Source of the DNA: Candidatus Margulisiibacteriota bacterium
GTDB lineage: Bacteria > Margulisbacteria > Riflemargulisbacteria > GWF2-39-127
DNA length: 64,000 nucleotides
Direction: 5' to 3'
NCBI GenBank assembly: GCA_003242895.1
Contig: QKMY01000023.1
Location: forward strand, 1,982-65,981
The position numbers and the translations under genes were made by a program. Under the pieces are notes generated by a model. The model searched no databases and was not told the DNA's origin. It saw only the letters and a list, made by a program, of their open reading frames with translations. Below, in pieces: positions 18,351-28,876 of this stretch; the first letter of the stretch is position 1; each line of letters begins with the position of its first letter.

Positions 18351-19001
18351 ATGAAGGCACTTGTATTATTATCAGCGGGGCTAGATTCCCTGGTTAATAT
18401 GGCTCAGGCATTGGATAACGGCTATGAGCTGGAAGCGTTAACCTTTGATTACGGTCAAAAAGCTGCTCAAAAAGAACTAGAACATGCAGCGAACATTTGC
18501 ACGTTTTATTCCATACCACATCGGGTAATTGAACTTCCCTGGCTGGCTGAAGTCACAACAACCTCTTTGGTAGCTTCAAGAAATGAAGTGCCGGTGTTCA
18601 ATGAAGAAAGAATTAATGATACCGATTATATTAATTCCACAGCCAAAGCAGTATGGGTTCCGAATAGAAACGGAACTTTTATAAATATTGCTGCATCGGT
18701 GTCCGAAGCTAAAGGGATAGATGAGATAATCGTTGGATTTAATAAAGAAGAAGCCGCAACGTTTCCTGATAATACGAAAGAGTATCTTGAAAAAGTGAAT
18801 GATGCATTAGCGTACTCTACCTTATCTAAGGTCAAAGTGATTTCTTTTACAACTGATTTCGATAAGATAGCGATTGTAAATCTTGGAAAACGGTTAGCTG
18901 TTCCTTTCAAGTATTGCTGGCCTTGCTATCATAACGGCGCACAACTCTGCGGAAGATGTGAGAGTTGTGTTCGTTATTTCAGGGCACTTTCCGCATATTA
19001 G
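18351..19001 (+). CDS. queC: 7-cyano-7-deazaguanine synthase
   Basis: The N-terminal PP-loop (ALVLLSAGLDS) and the C-terminal Zn-binding motif CWPCYHNGAQLCGRCESC are present. Confidence 0.9.
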   Translation: MKALVLLSAGLDSLVNMAQALDNGYELEALTFDYGQKAAQKELEHAANICTFYSIPHRVIELPWLAEVTTTSLVASRNEVPVFNEERINDTDYINSTAKAVWVPNRNGTFINIAASVSEAKGIDEIIVGFNKEEAATFPDNTKEYLEKVNDALAYSTLSKVKVISFTTDFDKIAIVNLGKRLAVPFKYCWPCYHNGAQLCGRCESCVRYFRALSAY

Positions 19002-20131
19002 CGTATTGAAATATAACCTCCGGGAACGCCCTTTTTCGACAGTACAATCTGCCATAATTGTAAATTACGCGCGCGAAACATGGCCGCGCATGAAGATAAA
19101 TAAAATTTCCACATCCTATAAAAAGTATTGTCATAGTTGTTCCTGATTTTGTCCCAATTGTTTTCAAAATTTGATTGCCAGGCCATGAGCGTTTTATCAT
19201 AATCAGCTCCGAAATTGTGCCAGTCTTCTATGATGAATCGATTTTCTATGTTTTTTATGACATGTATGCTAGATGGTATCATCCCATTTGGGAAAATATA
19301 TTTGTCGATCCAAATGTCGATGCCGCTTCCCAGATTATTTGCGCCTATCGTATGTAACAGAAATAACCCATCATCTTTTAAGCATCGTTCAATAACTTTC
19401 ATATAAGTATTATAATTCTTAAATCCTACATGCTCAAACATCCCTACAGAGACAATTCTATCGTATTTTTCCTGAATATCTCTGTAATCCTGAATTTTTA
19501 TATTAACTGCAGAGCCCTGGCATAATGATCTTCCGAATTCTGACTGTTTTTTGGAGATAGTAACTCCAGTTACTTTTACCTTGTATTTCTCAGCAGCAAA
19601 TTTTGATAAACTTCCCCAACCGCAGCCGACATCAAGTATACTCATTCCCGGCTTTAATTGTAACTTTTTACAAATCAGATCGAATTTGGCTTCCTGTGCC
19701 TGATCGATATTTTTTGCTGATTTCCAATAGCCGCAGCTATAGGCCATATGTTTACCCAGCATGTGCTTAAATAGGTCATTTCCAAGATCGTAATGCCTTG
19801 CTGCGACTTGCTTCGCTCTTGTTTTGTTTTGCTTGTTGAAAAGTTTGAATTTTATAATTTCTAAGAGAACTGTTCTATTTATCTTTATGTTTGGTGATAC
19901 GTTGTGGCTTAAAATGCGATGAAAAAATATATCAAGCTGCTGACAATCCCACCAGCCGTCCATATATGCCTCTCCAAGACCTAATGAATGATCGATTAAT
20001 ATTCGTTGGTAGAGCCTGTCATCATAGACTTTTATATCCCACGGATTGCTTCCATTAATGGTGATTCCTGCCGAAGATAGTATCGTGTTGATAATTGGTT
20101 TGATTTTGTTTTCTGCCATAATTACCCTCAA
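18998..20131 (-). CDS. cfa: cyclopropane-fatty-acyl-phospholipid synthase family SAM-dependent methyltransferase
   Basis: Has the SAM-binding motif LDVGCGWGSL. The 377-aa length and overall profile fit the CFA synthase / mycolic acid methyltransferase family. It converges on and overlaps the queC stop by 4 nt. Confidence 0.8.
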   Translation of the reverse strand: MRVIMAENKIKPIINTILSSAGITINGSNPWDIKVYDDRLYQRILIDHSLGLGEAYMDGWWDCQQLDIFFHRILSHNVSPNIKINRTVLLEIIKFKLFNKQNKTRAKQVAARHYDLGNDLFKHMLGKHMAYSCGYWKSAKNIDQAQEAKFDLICKKLQLKPGMSILDVGCGWGSLSKFAAEKYKVKVTGVTISKKQSEFGRSLCQGSAVNIKIQDYRDIQEKYDRIVSVGMFEHVGFKNYNTYMKVIERCLKDDGLFLLHTIGANNLGSGIDIWIDKYIFPNGMIPSSIHVIKNIENRFIIEDWHNFGADYDKTLMAWQSNFENNWDKIRNNYDNTFYRMWKFYLSSCAAMFRARNLQLWQIVLSKKGVPGGYISIR

Positions 20132-20139
20132 AAAAGGTA

Positions 20140-20604
20140 TCAGAATTTTTTATCTAGCTTAAGGAGCGTAGTTATTAAGAAAATTACCCCTATGAGTAAT
20201 ATTTGTGTGGAAGGAGCGTTCCGTATGAGCATTATGATGCCGGAGCTATTCTCAACCACCTTTAGCGAGAAAAGGATGAGTTGAAAAGTAGCGAAGATGA
20301 TTGCTGCTATTATGCCAATACTGTTATCTGACTTGCTGTAGGTGTCTTTCTCTACTTCTTCTTCTAAGCTATCCGGATTAGTAATCTTCTTGTTGCTGCT
20401 AAAGAAAAAACTAAGGAAGTGAGGATAGAAAAAAATGATAATTCCAATGAATAACAGGTTGTTCGCATAGATCACAAGAACTACTGCCGGAGAGAAGATT
20501 ATCAGCAAAAAAATTATTATCATTACCAGATAAGCGAAGTATAAGTAGATTATCTTCGCGCTAGTGACTATAAAGTTGGATATCAGTTCTATAAAATAAT
20601 TCAT
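20140..20604 (-). CDS. hypothetical integral membrane protein
   Basis: A 154-aa ORF with several hydrophobic helices, operonic with the next gene. No recognisable family. Confidence 0.5.
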   Translation of the reverse strand: MNYFIELISNFIVTSAKIIYLYFAYLVMIIIFLLIIFSPAVVLVIYANNLLFIGIIIFFYPHFLSFFFSSNKKITNPDSLEEEVEKDTYSKSDNSIGIIAAIIFATFQLILFSLKVVENSSGIIMLIRNAPSTQILLIGVIFLITTLLKLDKKF

Positions 20605-20628
20605 TGTAGGTTGCCTACTCTTCCTGAT

Positions 20629-21153
20629 TCACTTGAATTCATGCTTTTTAACGTATAAGAATGCTATCCGAGGTATTTCCCAAACCATTATGGAAGTAAT
20701 GATAATCCAAGCCATATCGTAACTATTTATTGAGAAGATAAGGGATTTCAAGAAAAATTGGATGGTCACTTTTGAGAGTCCAGGTATCATTGGCAAGTAT
20801 GAAGCTATATCGGCTCCGTACTCTTTTATAATCAGATTTTTAATATGATAAAAAAATACAATGTATTTACTGGCAAGAAATCCTGGGATAATAGATGAAA
20901 TCGCGATTATTTGAAGTATGAATAATTTGTTTTTATTTGATAAAATGATAACTGACAAGCTGCCTAGCATGCCTACGAATAGAATCATGAACCTGATTTC
21001 ATGTTTCGTCAAAACACTGAGCAGTCCCCACAGTATTCCACCGCAAACTGCCATGGTCATACTTCCGACAAAAGCTGTAATAAGTGAAATTATTGACGGA
21101 CCTTCTATGGTTATTCCTGATTCTAATGTATTAATACTTTCCATGTTTTCCAC
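20629..21153 (-). CDS. hypothetical integral membrane protein
   Basis: A 174-aa multi-TM protein with no recognisable family. Confidence 0.5.
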   Translation of the reverse strand: MENMESINTLESGITIEGPSIISLITAFVGSMTMAVCGGILWGLLSVLTKHEIRFMILFVGMLGSLSVIILSNKNKLFILQIIAISSIIPGFLASKYIVFFYHIKNLIIKEYGADIASYLPMIPGLSKVTIQFFLKSLIFSINSYDMAWIIITSIMVWEIPRIAFLYVKKHEFK

Positions 21154-21463
21154 TCCTCAAAAAATATTGTCACAATCTTAGTCAATTATTATGAGAAGTC
21201 AATTGGCTAAATGCCGCAGTGAATTCTTTGTTTTTAGTCGGTGTTTATTGGAAAGATACTGGAAATTTTTAATCGAATAATGATCAGGTTTAATCGTTAT
21301 TGAATTGTGCCGCGTAATAGAGTGTTGTCATCGAAATCTCTATTTACACCATCTTTTTATTGTGTTAAATAGTGCAATAATTTAAGTGCCTGTTATATTT
21401 CTGGCATAATATTGCCACTTGTAAATTGGTCTGTAACACATGGCAAAATTATGGAGGGTTAGT

Positions 21464-22027
21464 ATGTGTAATGAAATTATTATTTTTGTCGTTTTTATGG
21501 CTATGTTTTTGGGGGTTGCTTATCTTTTCTATTTTAGAAGTAGTAAGAAGCCAGTCACTGGCAAAGCTTACTTCCGTAGAAAAAAATCTTTTCATATTGA
21601 TTTTCCCAGTGGATGGAAAAAAAAGCCAAGTAACAAACCCGAGATTATTGCTGCATCGACGTGTGGTAATGGTGGCTCTATTACTATACTTTCAAAACCC
21701 TTACCTAAGGATATCGAAAACTTTACATTGGGGGATTTCTCCTCAGAACAGTTGGAAATTATAATTAAAGAGGTCTTTTGCTCGATTGAAAATAAATATT
21801 CCGGTGCAGTGCTCCATGACAATGGAATAACCCGGATAAATAATAAAAGCGCTATCTGGTTCCTTTATTCATATTCATATAATAGTGACTTTATAAAAAT
21901 GTTAGAATTAGTGACTTTTTGCAATAGGAAACAGTATACGATGGCTTGTGCGGCACCGGCATTTCTTTTTGCTGCCTACGAGAATTTGTTTTGGAACACG
22001 CTGCGAAGTACAATATTCGAGGAATGA
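21464..22027 (+). CDS. hypothetical protein with N-terminal TM anchor
   Basis: Start taken at the ATG at 21464, preceded by a GGAGGG RBS. The ORF track extends to 21440. Confidence 0.5.
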   Translation: MCNEIIIFVVFMAMFLGVAYLFYFRSSKKPVTGKAYFRRKKSFHIDFPSGWKKKPSNKPEIIAASTCGNGGSITILSKPLPKDIENFTLGDFSSEQLEIIIKEVFCSIENKYSGAVLHDNGITRINNKSAIWFLYSYSYNSDFIKMLELVTFCNRKQYTMACAAPAFLFAAYENLFWNTLRSTIFEE

Positions 22028-22304
22028 TGATGGGTGGACTGAATTGTTGGTATTTTCATAAAAGGGTGGGATATTTTAAAATAGTAATATATATAGTTTA
22101 ATATTATGTAATATAAATATAGATTTTAATAAAATAAATATTTACATGGAATATTTCATTTGGCATTTGACAAATTTCCGGAATAAGTATACATTGCTTG
22201 GTTAATATTCGGAATAAAAACATAATAGAATCTAAAATGTTGTTTTTGTTTATAGATACAGTTAAAAAATGAAATGAAGCATAGTTTTGAAAGGGGTGGT
22301 TCGA

Positions 22305-23198
22305 ATGAAAAAACATACATCAGTACTGGTTATTTATTTGTTGTTGTTTGTTTGTGGCTTTTTGGCTCCAGCAAGCTATAATCGTAGTTTTATCATTAAG
22401 GAACCTAAAGTTGTAATCAAAAAAGTTGTACCTGGACGAAGTGCTCTTTCAGAAAAAAAAGTTGAGATTATCCCGGCGGACGACATTAGTTATTATGATA
22501 GCCAGTACTCTCAGTTATCTTTTGGAAACGAAAGCAACGTTATTAAGTTATTGCTGGCAGATGGAGATATGGAATCCCAACTATCGGATGTCATTAATAT
22601 GGACGACTATCTTCGGAAGAATTGTATTAAAGGGAGCAATGATCTAAAAACGTTGAATGCCGGTTTTAGCAGTTATGATCAGACAATGGAGAATATGATC
22701 TTTCGTATTATCAAGAATTCTGATAATAATTTGGAAGATGTTGTGGCAAAAAAATATGCCCGGTTGTTTGTGCGATATTCTCGCCAATACCAGGTTCATC
22801 CTCTTCTAGCTGTGGCTGTGGGGTGGCGTGAAAGCGGGTTCAAGCCAAAGGCAGCTTCTTATGCTGGAGCCGTTGGCATCATGCAGATAATGCCAATTAC
22901 AGCGAGAGAACTTGGAATTGTTAACCGCCAAGATCCTGAGCAAAGCATAAAAGGTGGGGTAAAATACTTACACCGGCAACTTAAGAGTTATAAAGACCTT
23001 CGAATGGCATTAGCGGCTTATAATGCCGGACCTGCAGTTATAAGAAGGAATGCTAATAATGAGCGTCTTATTTCCCCTTATTATCGTCGGACAAATAAAT
23101 ATATACCTCATATTGAAGGTTTTTTAAGAAAACAATTAGTCTATATAGGCATCGACCCAAAAGTGGTTGATGATATTCATTTCTGGTTGTTAACTTAA
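22305..23198 (+). CDS. lytic transglycosylase domain (SLT) protein, secreted
   Basis: Has a signal peptide (MKKHTSVLVIYLLLF) and the SLT motif ESGFKPKAAS..GAVGIMQIMP. An AGGGGTGG RBS precedes the ATG at 22305. Confidence 0.8.
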   Translation: MKKHTSVLVIYLLLFVCGFLAPASYNRSFIIKEPKVVIKKVVPGRSALSEKKVEIIPADDISYYDSQYSQLSFGNESNVIKLLLADGDMESQLSDVINMDDYLRKNCIKGSNDLKTLNAGFSSYDQTMENMIFRIIKNSDNNLEDVVAKKYARLFVRYSRQYQVHPLLAVAVGWRESGFKPKAASYAGAVGIMQIMPITARELGIVNRQDPEQSIKGGVKYLHRQLKSYKDLRMALAAYNAGPAVIRRNANNERLISPYYRRTNKYIPHIEGFLRKQLVYIGIDPKVVDDIHFWLLT

Positions 23199-23519
23199 GC
23201 ATAAGAACCTTCGGTGGAGGGATTCCATTAGGCATATATGGCTGTTACCGGTCTCTTTTGTGCTTATTTATATAATTCTATAAATCTCGAGTTCCTTTCT
23301 GTCAAAAAAAGTGTATAATAGTATGCGGTTTGTTTATTTATAACCTAAAGTCAACACTTCTGACTTATTCTATAACTTATTTCTTAAAGATTTAAAGAGA
23401 AATACTGCGAAATAGAAGGCAGTAAGCTTGAGTCGTGATTTACATATCACGTAATGGTCTTTTTCGAGTTTTTATCGAAAGGGAATGTTTTTAATTTATG
23501 GAAGGTAAAGAGATTCACT

Positions 23520-25349
23520 ATGGAACAAAGTAAAATAAGAAATGTAGCAATTATAGCCCACGTAGATCATGGAAAGACTACGTTGGTCGATCAACTTTTT
23601 AAACAAAGCGGGATGTTTCGTGAGAATCAAGTAGTCGAAGAACGGCTGATGGATTCAATGGACCTGGAAAAAGAGCGGGGAATCACGATAACCTCGAAGA
23701 ATGGTTCTTTTCGATATAAAGATCATTTTATTAATATTATTGATACTCCCGGGCATGCTGATTTCGGCGGTCAGGTAGAGCGAGTCCTTAAAATGGCTGA
23801 TGGAGCGCTACTTCTGGTTGATGCGGCTGAAGGTCCTATGCCCCAAACTTACTTTGTACTCAAAAAAGCCTTGATGTTTCATTTGCCGATAATAGTGGTT
23901 ATCAATAAAATTGATAAGACTGATGCCAGATGCGAATGGGTATTGGATAGTGTTTTTGATCTTTTTGTCAAGCTGGGTGCTCCGGACGACATTCTTGATT
24001 TTCCGGTTGTTTACGCTTCAGCTCGTGACGGCTATGCTTCTCATGATTATGCCGAAGATGCAGATTCTATGGAGCCGTTATTCGATAAAATTGTCAGTTG
24101 CCTTCCTGCACCTAAAGGAGATCCTGACGGACCACTGCAAATGTTAGTGAATTCGCTGAGTTATTCGCCGTTCCTTGGCCGTTTGGCTATTGGGAAAATA
24201 ACTTCCGGCCAACTGAATATTAACAAAGATGTTGTTGTTGCGAAAAACGGTGAGATTCTTTTCCCAGCCCGAATAACGAAAGTGTATCGTTTTGAAGGGA
24301 CAGAAAAAAGTGAAACTGCTATCGCCAGTGTCGGTGAAATAGTTGCTGTGGCAGGAATGGAATCAATAACCGTGGGACAAACTTTGACTGATCCTGATAA
24401 TCCGATATGTCTTACAAGTATCGAGATTGATCCGCCAACAATTTCTATGAACTTTATTCCTAATGATTCTCCTTTTGCCGGGAAAGAAGGGAAATTTGTT
24501 ACCTCAAGACATATTCGGGAAAGATTATTTCGAGAGACTCTTTCTGATGTCGCCTTAGTTGTTGAAGAAATAAGTGATACAACTGGGTATTCGGTATCTG
24601 GCAGAGGAGAATTGCATTTATCAATCCTTATCGAAAAAATGAGAAGAGAAGGGTATGAGTTTCAGGTAACAAGGCCTCAAGTTATATTCAGAGAAGAAAA
24701 TGGAACGAAACAGGAGCCATACGAAGAATTAACTATTGATGTTGACGAAAATTTTATGGGTAACGTAATCGAGAACCTTGGTGGAAGAAAAGGGCTTATG
24801 CTGGAAATGCACCAGGAGAATGGTATGGCTCGAATGAAATATAAGATTCCTACCCGAGGGTTGCTTGGGTTCCGTTCGGAATTTATGAACGAAACTAAGG
24901 GTATGGGTGTAATGAACTATATTTTTATGAAATATGATGACTTTGCCGGAGAGATTAAAAATAGAAAGCGGGGCGTTCTGGTTGTGAAAGAAGAATGCGC
25001 CACCGTCGCCTATGCTTTATTTAATCTTCAAGAAAGAAGCAAACTATTTCTGGGACCTGGCGAGAAAGTCTATCAAGGTCAGATTGTTGGAGAAAACGCC
25101 CGTGAAGGAGATATGGTTGTTAATCCGGGCAAAGGCAAAAAGTTGTCAAACGTGAGAGCCGCAGGGTCTGATGATGCTGTAGTGCTTACTCCTCATACTC
25201 TGATGAGCCTGGAAAAGTGCATTGCGTTTATTAACGATGACGAACTTGTTGAAATAACTCCAAAATCTATCAGGTTGAGAAAGATAAAGCTTAACGAAGC
25301 AGATCGGAAACGTTCGAAGAGCGAAGAGCGTGGTAATGAGACAGCCTGA
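23520..25349 (+). CDS. typA: translational GTPase TypA/BipA
   Basis: The N-terminus MEQSKIRNVAIIAHVDHGKTTLVD and the G-motifs DTPGHADF and NKID are present. About 610 aa from the internal ATG at 23520. Confidence 0.9.
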   Translation: MEQSKIRNVAIIAHVDHGKTTLVDQLFKQSGMFRENQVVEERLMDSMDLEKERGITITSKNGSFRYKDHFINIIDTPGHADFGGQVERVLKMADGALLLVDAAEGPMPQTYFVLKKALMFHLPIIVVINKIDKTDARCEWVLDSVFDLFVKLGAPDDILDFPVVYASARDGYASHDYAEDADSMEPLFDKIVSCLPAPKGDPDGPLQMLVNSLSYSPFLGRLAIGKITSGQLNINKDVVVAKNGEILFPARITKVYRFEGTEKSETAIASVGEIVAVAGMESITVGQTLTDPDNPICLTSIEIDPPTISMNFIPNDSPFAGKEGKFVTSRHIRERLFRETLSDVALVVEEISDTTGYSVSGRGELHLSILIEKMRREGYEFQVTRPQVIFREENGTKQEPYEELTIDVDENFMGNVIENLGGRKGLMLEMHQENGMARMKYKIPTRGLLGFRSEFMNETKGMGVMNYIFMKYDDFAGEIKNRKRGVLVVKEECATVAYALFNLQERSKLFLGPGEKVYQGQIVGENAREGDMVVNPGKGKKLSNVRAAGSDDAVVLTPHTLMSLEKCIAFINDDELVEITPKSIRLRKIKLNEADRKRSKSEERGNETA

Positions 25350-25423
25350 TAAGGTTGTGGTTTCCTTTGTTTGTATGATATTATTCTAGCAGTAACTAAT
25401 TCATAGCAAGGAGATGTAAAATA

Positions 25424-25681
25424 ATGTCTGATAATAAAAACGATGGATCGAAAGTTAAATCCTGGCTTGCTTTTGCCTATGTAGCACTTTTTGTGATTGC
25501 AGTTGTTGCTGGCGTTGGAATTCTGTCACAACGGTATGATATTGTTGTGAGTAACAATCCGATGTATGCATATAAAATCGACAAGATGACTGGGCATTCC
25601 TGGTTTATCTATCGAAACAGAGAGCTAAAGATGTTGCATGACCAGGCTGATACCGGTACTCCTGATCAACAAGTTCAATAA
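25424..25681 (+). CDS. small membrane protein, hypothetical
   Basis: An 85-aa ORF with one TM helix and an AAGGAG RBS. Confidence 0.45.
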   Translation: MSDNKNDGSKVKSWLAFAYVALFVIAVVAGVGILSQRYDIVVSNNPMYAYKIDKMTGHSWFIYRNRELKMLHDQADTGTPDQQVQ

Positions 25682-25707
25682 GTCACATAAAAATTTTTTT
25701 ACTATTA

Positions 25708-25743
25708 AATGAATATTCCCGCTATGTAGCGGGAATATTCATT
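25708..25743. terminator. perfect 15-bp-stem hairpin between convergent genes (bidirectional terminator candidate)
   Basis: AATGAATATTCCCGC-tatgta-GCGGGAATATTCATT. An A/T-rich flank lies upstream. Confidence 0.5.
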
Positions 25744-25769
25744 TGTAAGCATACTAGTTTTTCCTCGGT

Positions 25770-26798
25770 TTATTTGACAAGGTGCTCTAGCTTTTTTTGC
25801 TGTTCAATTGTCCCGATGAAGAGAAGTACTGATCCGGTTGTCAAAATAGTGCTGTCAGGTGGATTGTATCGGTAATTGCCATTATCTTCACTCGAAGAAT
25901 AGGCGATGATGTTAAGCCCTGTTTTTTCGTGAATATGTGTTTGAGAAAAAGTTTTTCCCGCAATACTGCTATGTTCCGGGACTACCACCTCTTCAACCCT
26001 GATGGATTCCTCTTTCGTGTAAAGCATCCTGTCGAGGAAAGAAACTACATTTGGACGTAAAATGTGCGAAGCAATCCTCATTCCGCCAATATAGTTAGGG
26101 CTTACGATATAGTTAGCTCCGGCTTTCTGTAACTTTTCATTCATGCTCAGTTCGGTAGCCGTAGAGACTATTTGAATCTCCGGGTTCAACATCCGTGCGG
26201 TAACTGCCAAAAATAGATTGTCTTTATCGTTTGCCAGTGTTGTTACCAGTGAATTTGCATGTTTAATGTTAGCTTCTTCTAAAATTGCATCACTTGTAGC
26301 ATCGCCTATGATAACCAGACATCGTGGAAATTCTTCTCTTAACTGTTTGAATTTATCCTGATCGGAATCTATTACGACGAAGTTTTTTTTGTTGATGTGC
26401 ATTTCTCGAATTACATGGATGCCAGTTTCACCGGCACCGCAGATTACATAGTGATTTTTCATTTTTAGTATTTTCCTTTTTATGGAGTTTATTAATAGGA
26501 GGTTATTTAAGTGGCCTTCTATGAGAAAAGCTGAAACCGCGGAAACGGAATATAAAACTATTCCCATGCCGATTACTAGCAAGATGATTGTGTACCAGAT
26601 AGCGACCGGATTATTCTGCACATTCAATATATCTCCATAACCGACTGTAGAAAGTGTTATCCCGGTCATAAAAAAAATATGGTTCCAGCTTTGATCGGAA
26701 AACAATAATTTATAGCCTGCTGCACCTCCTAGAAAAGAGCTTATAAGTGCAATTATAGGTATTTTTAGATTTTCCCAGATAAGTTTTAAGTTGGACAT
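25770..26798 (-). CDS. two-TM potassium channel with cytoplasmic RCK (TrkA-N/TrkA-C) domains (MthK-like)
   Basis: Has the TVGYGD selectivity filter, a Rossmann motif (VICGAGETG) and a C-terminal TrkA-C-like domain. Confidence 0.8.
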   Translation of the reverse strand: MSNLKLIWENLKIPIIALISSFLGGAAGYKLLFSDQSWNHIFFMTGITLSTVGYGDILNVQNNPVAIWYTIILLVIGMGIVLYSVSAVSAFLIEGHLNNLLLINSIKRKILKMKNHYVICGAGETGIHVIREMHINKKNFVVIDSDQDKFKQLREEFPRCLVIIGDATSDAILEEANIKHANSLVTTLANDKDNLFLAVTARMLNPEIQIVSTATELSMNEKLQKAGANYIVSPNYIGGMRIASHILRPNVVSFLDRMLYTKEESIRVEEVVVPEHSSIAGKTFSQTHIHEKTGLNIIAYSSSEDNGNYRYNPPDSTILTTGSVLLFIGTIEQQKKLEHLVK

Positions 26799-26965
26799 AA
26801 TTTTAATATATCATGAAAAATATGAAATTAGTACGAAAAAAGAGTCAGTAGCAGTGCAATATTTTGTAGTCAATAGTCTTGTTCTCACCCATTGAAAAAA
26901 AAAGCCATAATTATCATAATAGATTAAACAGGTCTGAATTTAATCATTACAGTGTGGATTATTGA

Positions 26966-28786
26966 ATGAAGAGAAAATCTATTAAGGTTATATTGTGCAT
27001 TCTTATTGTATTTGCAATTGTCGTATTAAACCAGTTGCCCTTATTTAAGTTGTTCCACTGGAAACTAACTGATTTGAAGTTTGTCGTGAGAGGCCCGATA
27101 AAGACTCCGACAAATATTGTTATTATCGCTATAGACGATGAGTCCATTGCTTGGTTAGGTACCTGGCCGTGGCCAAGAAATAAATATGCTCAATTAGTTG
27201 ATCAGCTTAAGTTGGCTGGCGCGAAATTGATTTTTTTCGATATTTTATTTGATTCTCCCACGAGCTTTGATCCTGATGATGATGTCAAGTTTGCCCAGTC
27301 GATCAAAAAATCCGGTAATGTCCTCTTGGCTGCGTATTTCAAAAATACTGAAAATAATAGCTTTGTTCGCTATGTTCAGGATCCATTTAATCCTCCGATA
27401 AAACTATTGAAAAATTCTGCACTTGATATCGGAATGGTAGACATTAGTTTTGACAAATCCCAGGTAATAAGAAAAATCCCGATGTTGTTTTCAGGAGATA
27501 TAAAATATCCGAACCTAACATTGCAGGCTGTCCGTTATATTCAAGCAGATAAGCCTCCTATTAAGCATTTATCTTCTTCTATAGTTGTGGGTAAATACGC
27601 AATGCCTATTTCCCAAGACCGGCGGTTCGTTATTAACTATCGCGGTGGGGCTAAATCATTTCCATATATTCCATTCGATAGGGTGATTGATGGCTCGTTT
27701 ATCAAGAAAAATCCCAACTTCCTGAAAGATAAAATCGTTTTAATCGGTGCTACAGCTATTGAATTGCAAGACTATATCGCCACCCCGTTTTCGAATATCG
27801 TCCCGGGAGTGGAAATGTATGCTAATGCCATTCAAACTGTTTTAGATCGTAATTATTTGTACGAAAGTCCTCCATGGTTTGATTTTCTGGTAGTCCTGTC
27901 TTTGTGTATTATCTCGATAAAGTTTTTCTTAAGCTTATCATCCAGAAGAGCCTTTGTGTTTTTCCTTGCCTGTACGATTGTTATTATGGCAGTAGATTTG
28001 GTTGTTTTTTTAAAAATGAATTATATTCTTAAATCGTTTGAATATTTTTCGGCGCTATTGTTTCCCTTTATCGGATTAATTGGTTACAGGTATTACAAAG
28101 AAGAAGAGGAAAAGCGATATGTTAAGAGCGTTTTTTCTCAGTATGTTGATCCCAGCGTTGTTAACAAGCTCCTAGAACATCCGTCTCGTATTATTTTAGG
28201 TGGGGAAAAGAAACAGGTTTCTATTTTTTTTAGTGATATCAGGGCATTTACTACGTTTAGCGAACGGCATTCTCCTGAAGTGGTTGTCGAGTATCTTAAT
28301 GAATACCTTGATGCCATGACCAAAGTGATCTTTGAGCATAAAGGGACGCTGGATAAATATGTTGGCGATGAGATCATGGCAATATACGGTGCACCGCTTG
28401 AGATGCCTGACCACGCAAAAGTTGCAGTAGAAGCTGCGCTAAGCCAGTTGGATATGCTGCAAAAAATTAATGAAAAAAGAGCGAGGGAAGGCCGGGATCA
28501 ATTCGGTATCGGGATGGGAATTCACACCGGGGAAGTGGTTATCGGAAATATTGGCTCTACCATGCATAAGGATTATACGGTTATTGGGGACTCCGTCAAT
28601 CTCGCTGCCAGATTAGAGTCGACAACCAGAAATTATGGGACCAAAGAGAGTCCGGTTAATTTAATTATTTCTGAGGATACCTATAAGTTAGTGAAGGATT
28701 TCTTCATATGTGAATATCTCGATGAAATTATTGTAAAAGGGAAAACGATTCCTGTTAATATCTATTCTGTTGTTGGGAGAAAGTAA
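26966..28786 (+). CDS. CHASE2 sensor domain-containing class III adenylate/guanylate cyclase
   Basis: An N-terminal TM is followed by a periplasmic CHASE2 domain, more TM helices and a cyclase domain (FSDIRAFTTFSE, YVGDEIMAIYGAP). Confidence 0.8.
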   Translation: MKRKSIKVILCILIVFAIVVLNQLPLFKLFHWKLTDLKFVVRGPIKTPTNIVIIAIDDESIAWLGTWPWPRNKYAQLVDQLKLAGAKLIFFDILFDSPTSFDPDDDVKFAQSIKKSGNVLLAAYFKNTENNSFVRYVQDPFNPPIKLLKNSALDIGMVDISFDKSQVIRKIPMLFSGDIKYPNLTLQAVRYIQADKPPIKHLSSSIVVGKYAMPISQDRRFVINYRGGAKSFPYIPFDRVIDGSFIKKNPNFLKDKIVLIGATAIELQDYIATPFSNIVPGVEMYANAIQTVLDRNYLYESPPWFDFLVVLSLCIISIKFFLSLSSRRAFVFFLACTIVIMAVDLVVFLKMNYILKSFEYFSALLFPFIGLIGYRYYKEEEEKRYVKSVFSQYVDPSVVNKLLEHPSRIILGGEKKQVSIFFSDIRAFTTFSERHSPEVVVEYLNEYLDAMTKVIFEHKGTLDKYVGDEIMAIYGAPLEMPDHAKVAVEAALSQLDMLQKINEKRAREGRDQFGIGMGIHTGEVVIGNIGSTMHKDYTVIGDSVNLAARLESTTRNYGTKESPVNLIISEDTYKLVKDFFICEYLDEIIVKGKTIPVNIYSVVGRK

Positions 28787-28876
28787 TTTTTTTAAGGGTA
28801 CGCTCCTGCGCGTATCATGCCAGAATTTTCAGATAAGTATTTGCAATTTAAAATTCATAGCTGCTATAATGAAATA

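Noticed and set aside
19205-19235. Second TGGCAC-like sigma54 site (minus strand, inside cfa)
   Set aside because: The -12 element is absent (GGAGC instead of TTGC) and it is intragenic.
22293-22304. GGTTCGAAT string matching the tRNA T-loop consensus
   Set aside because: No acceptor stem or CCA context. It is part of the RBS region of the lytic transglycosylase gene.
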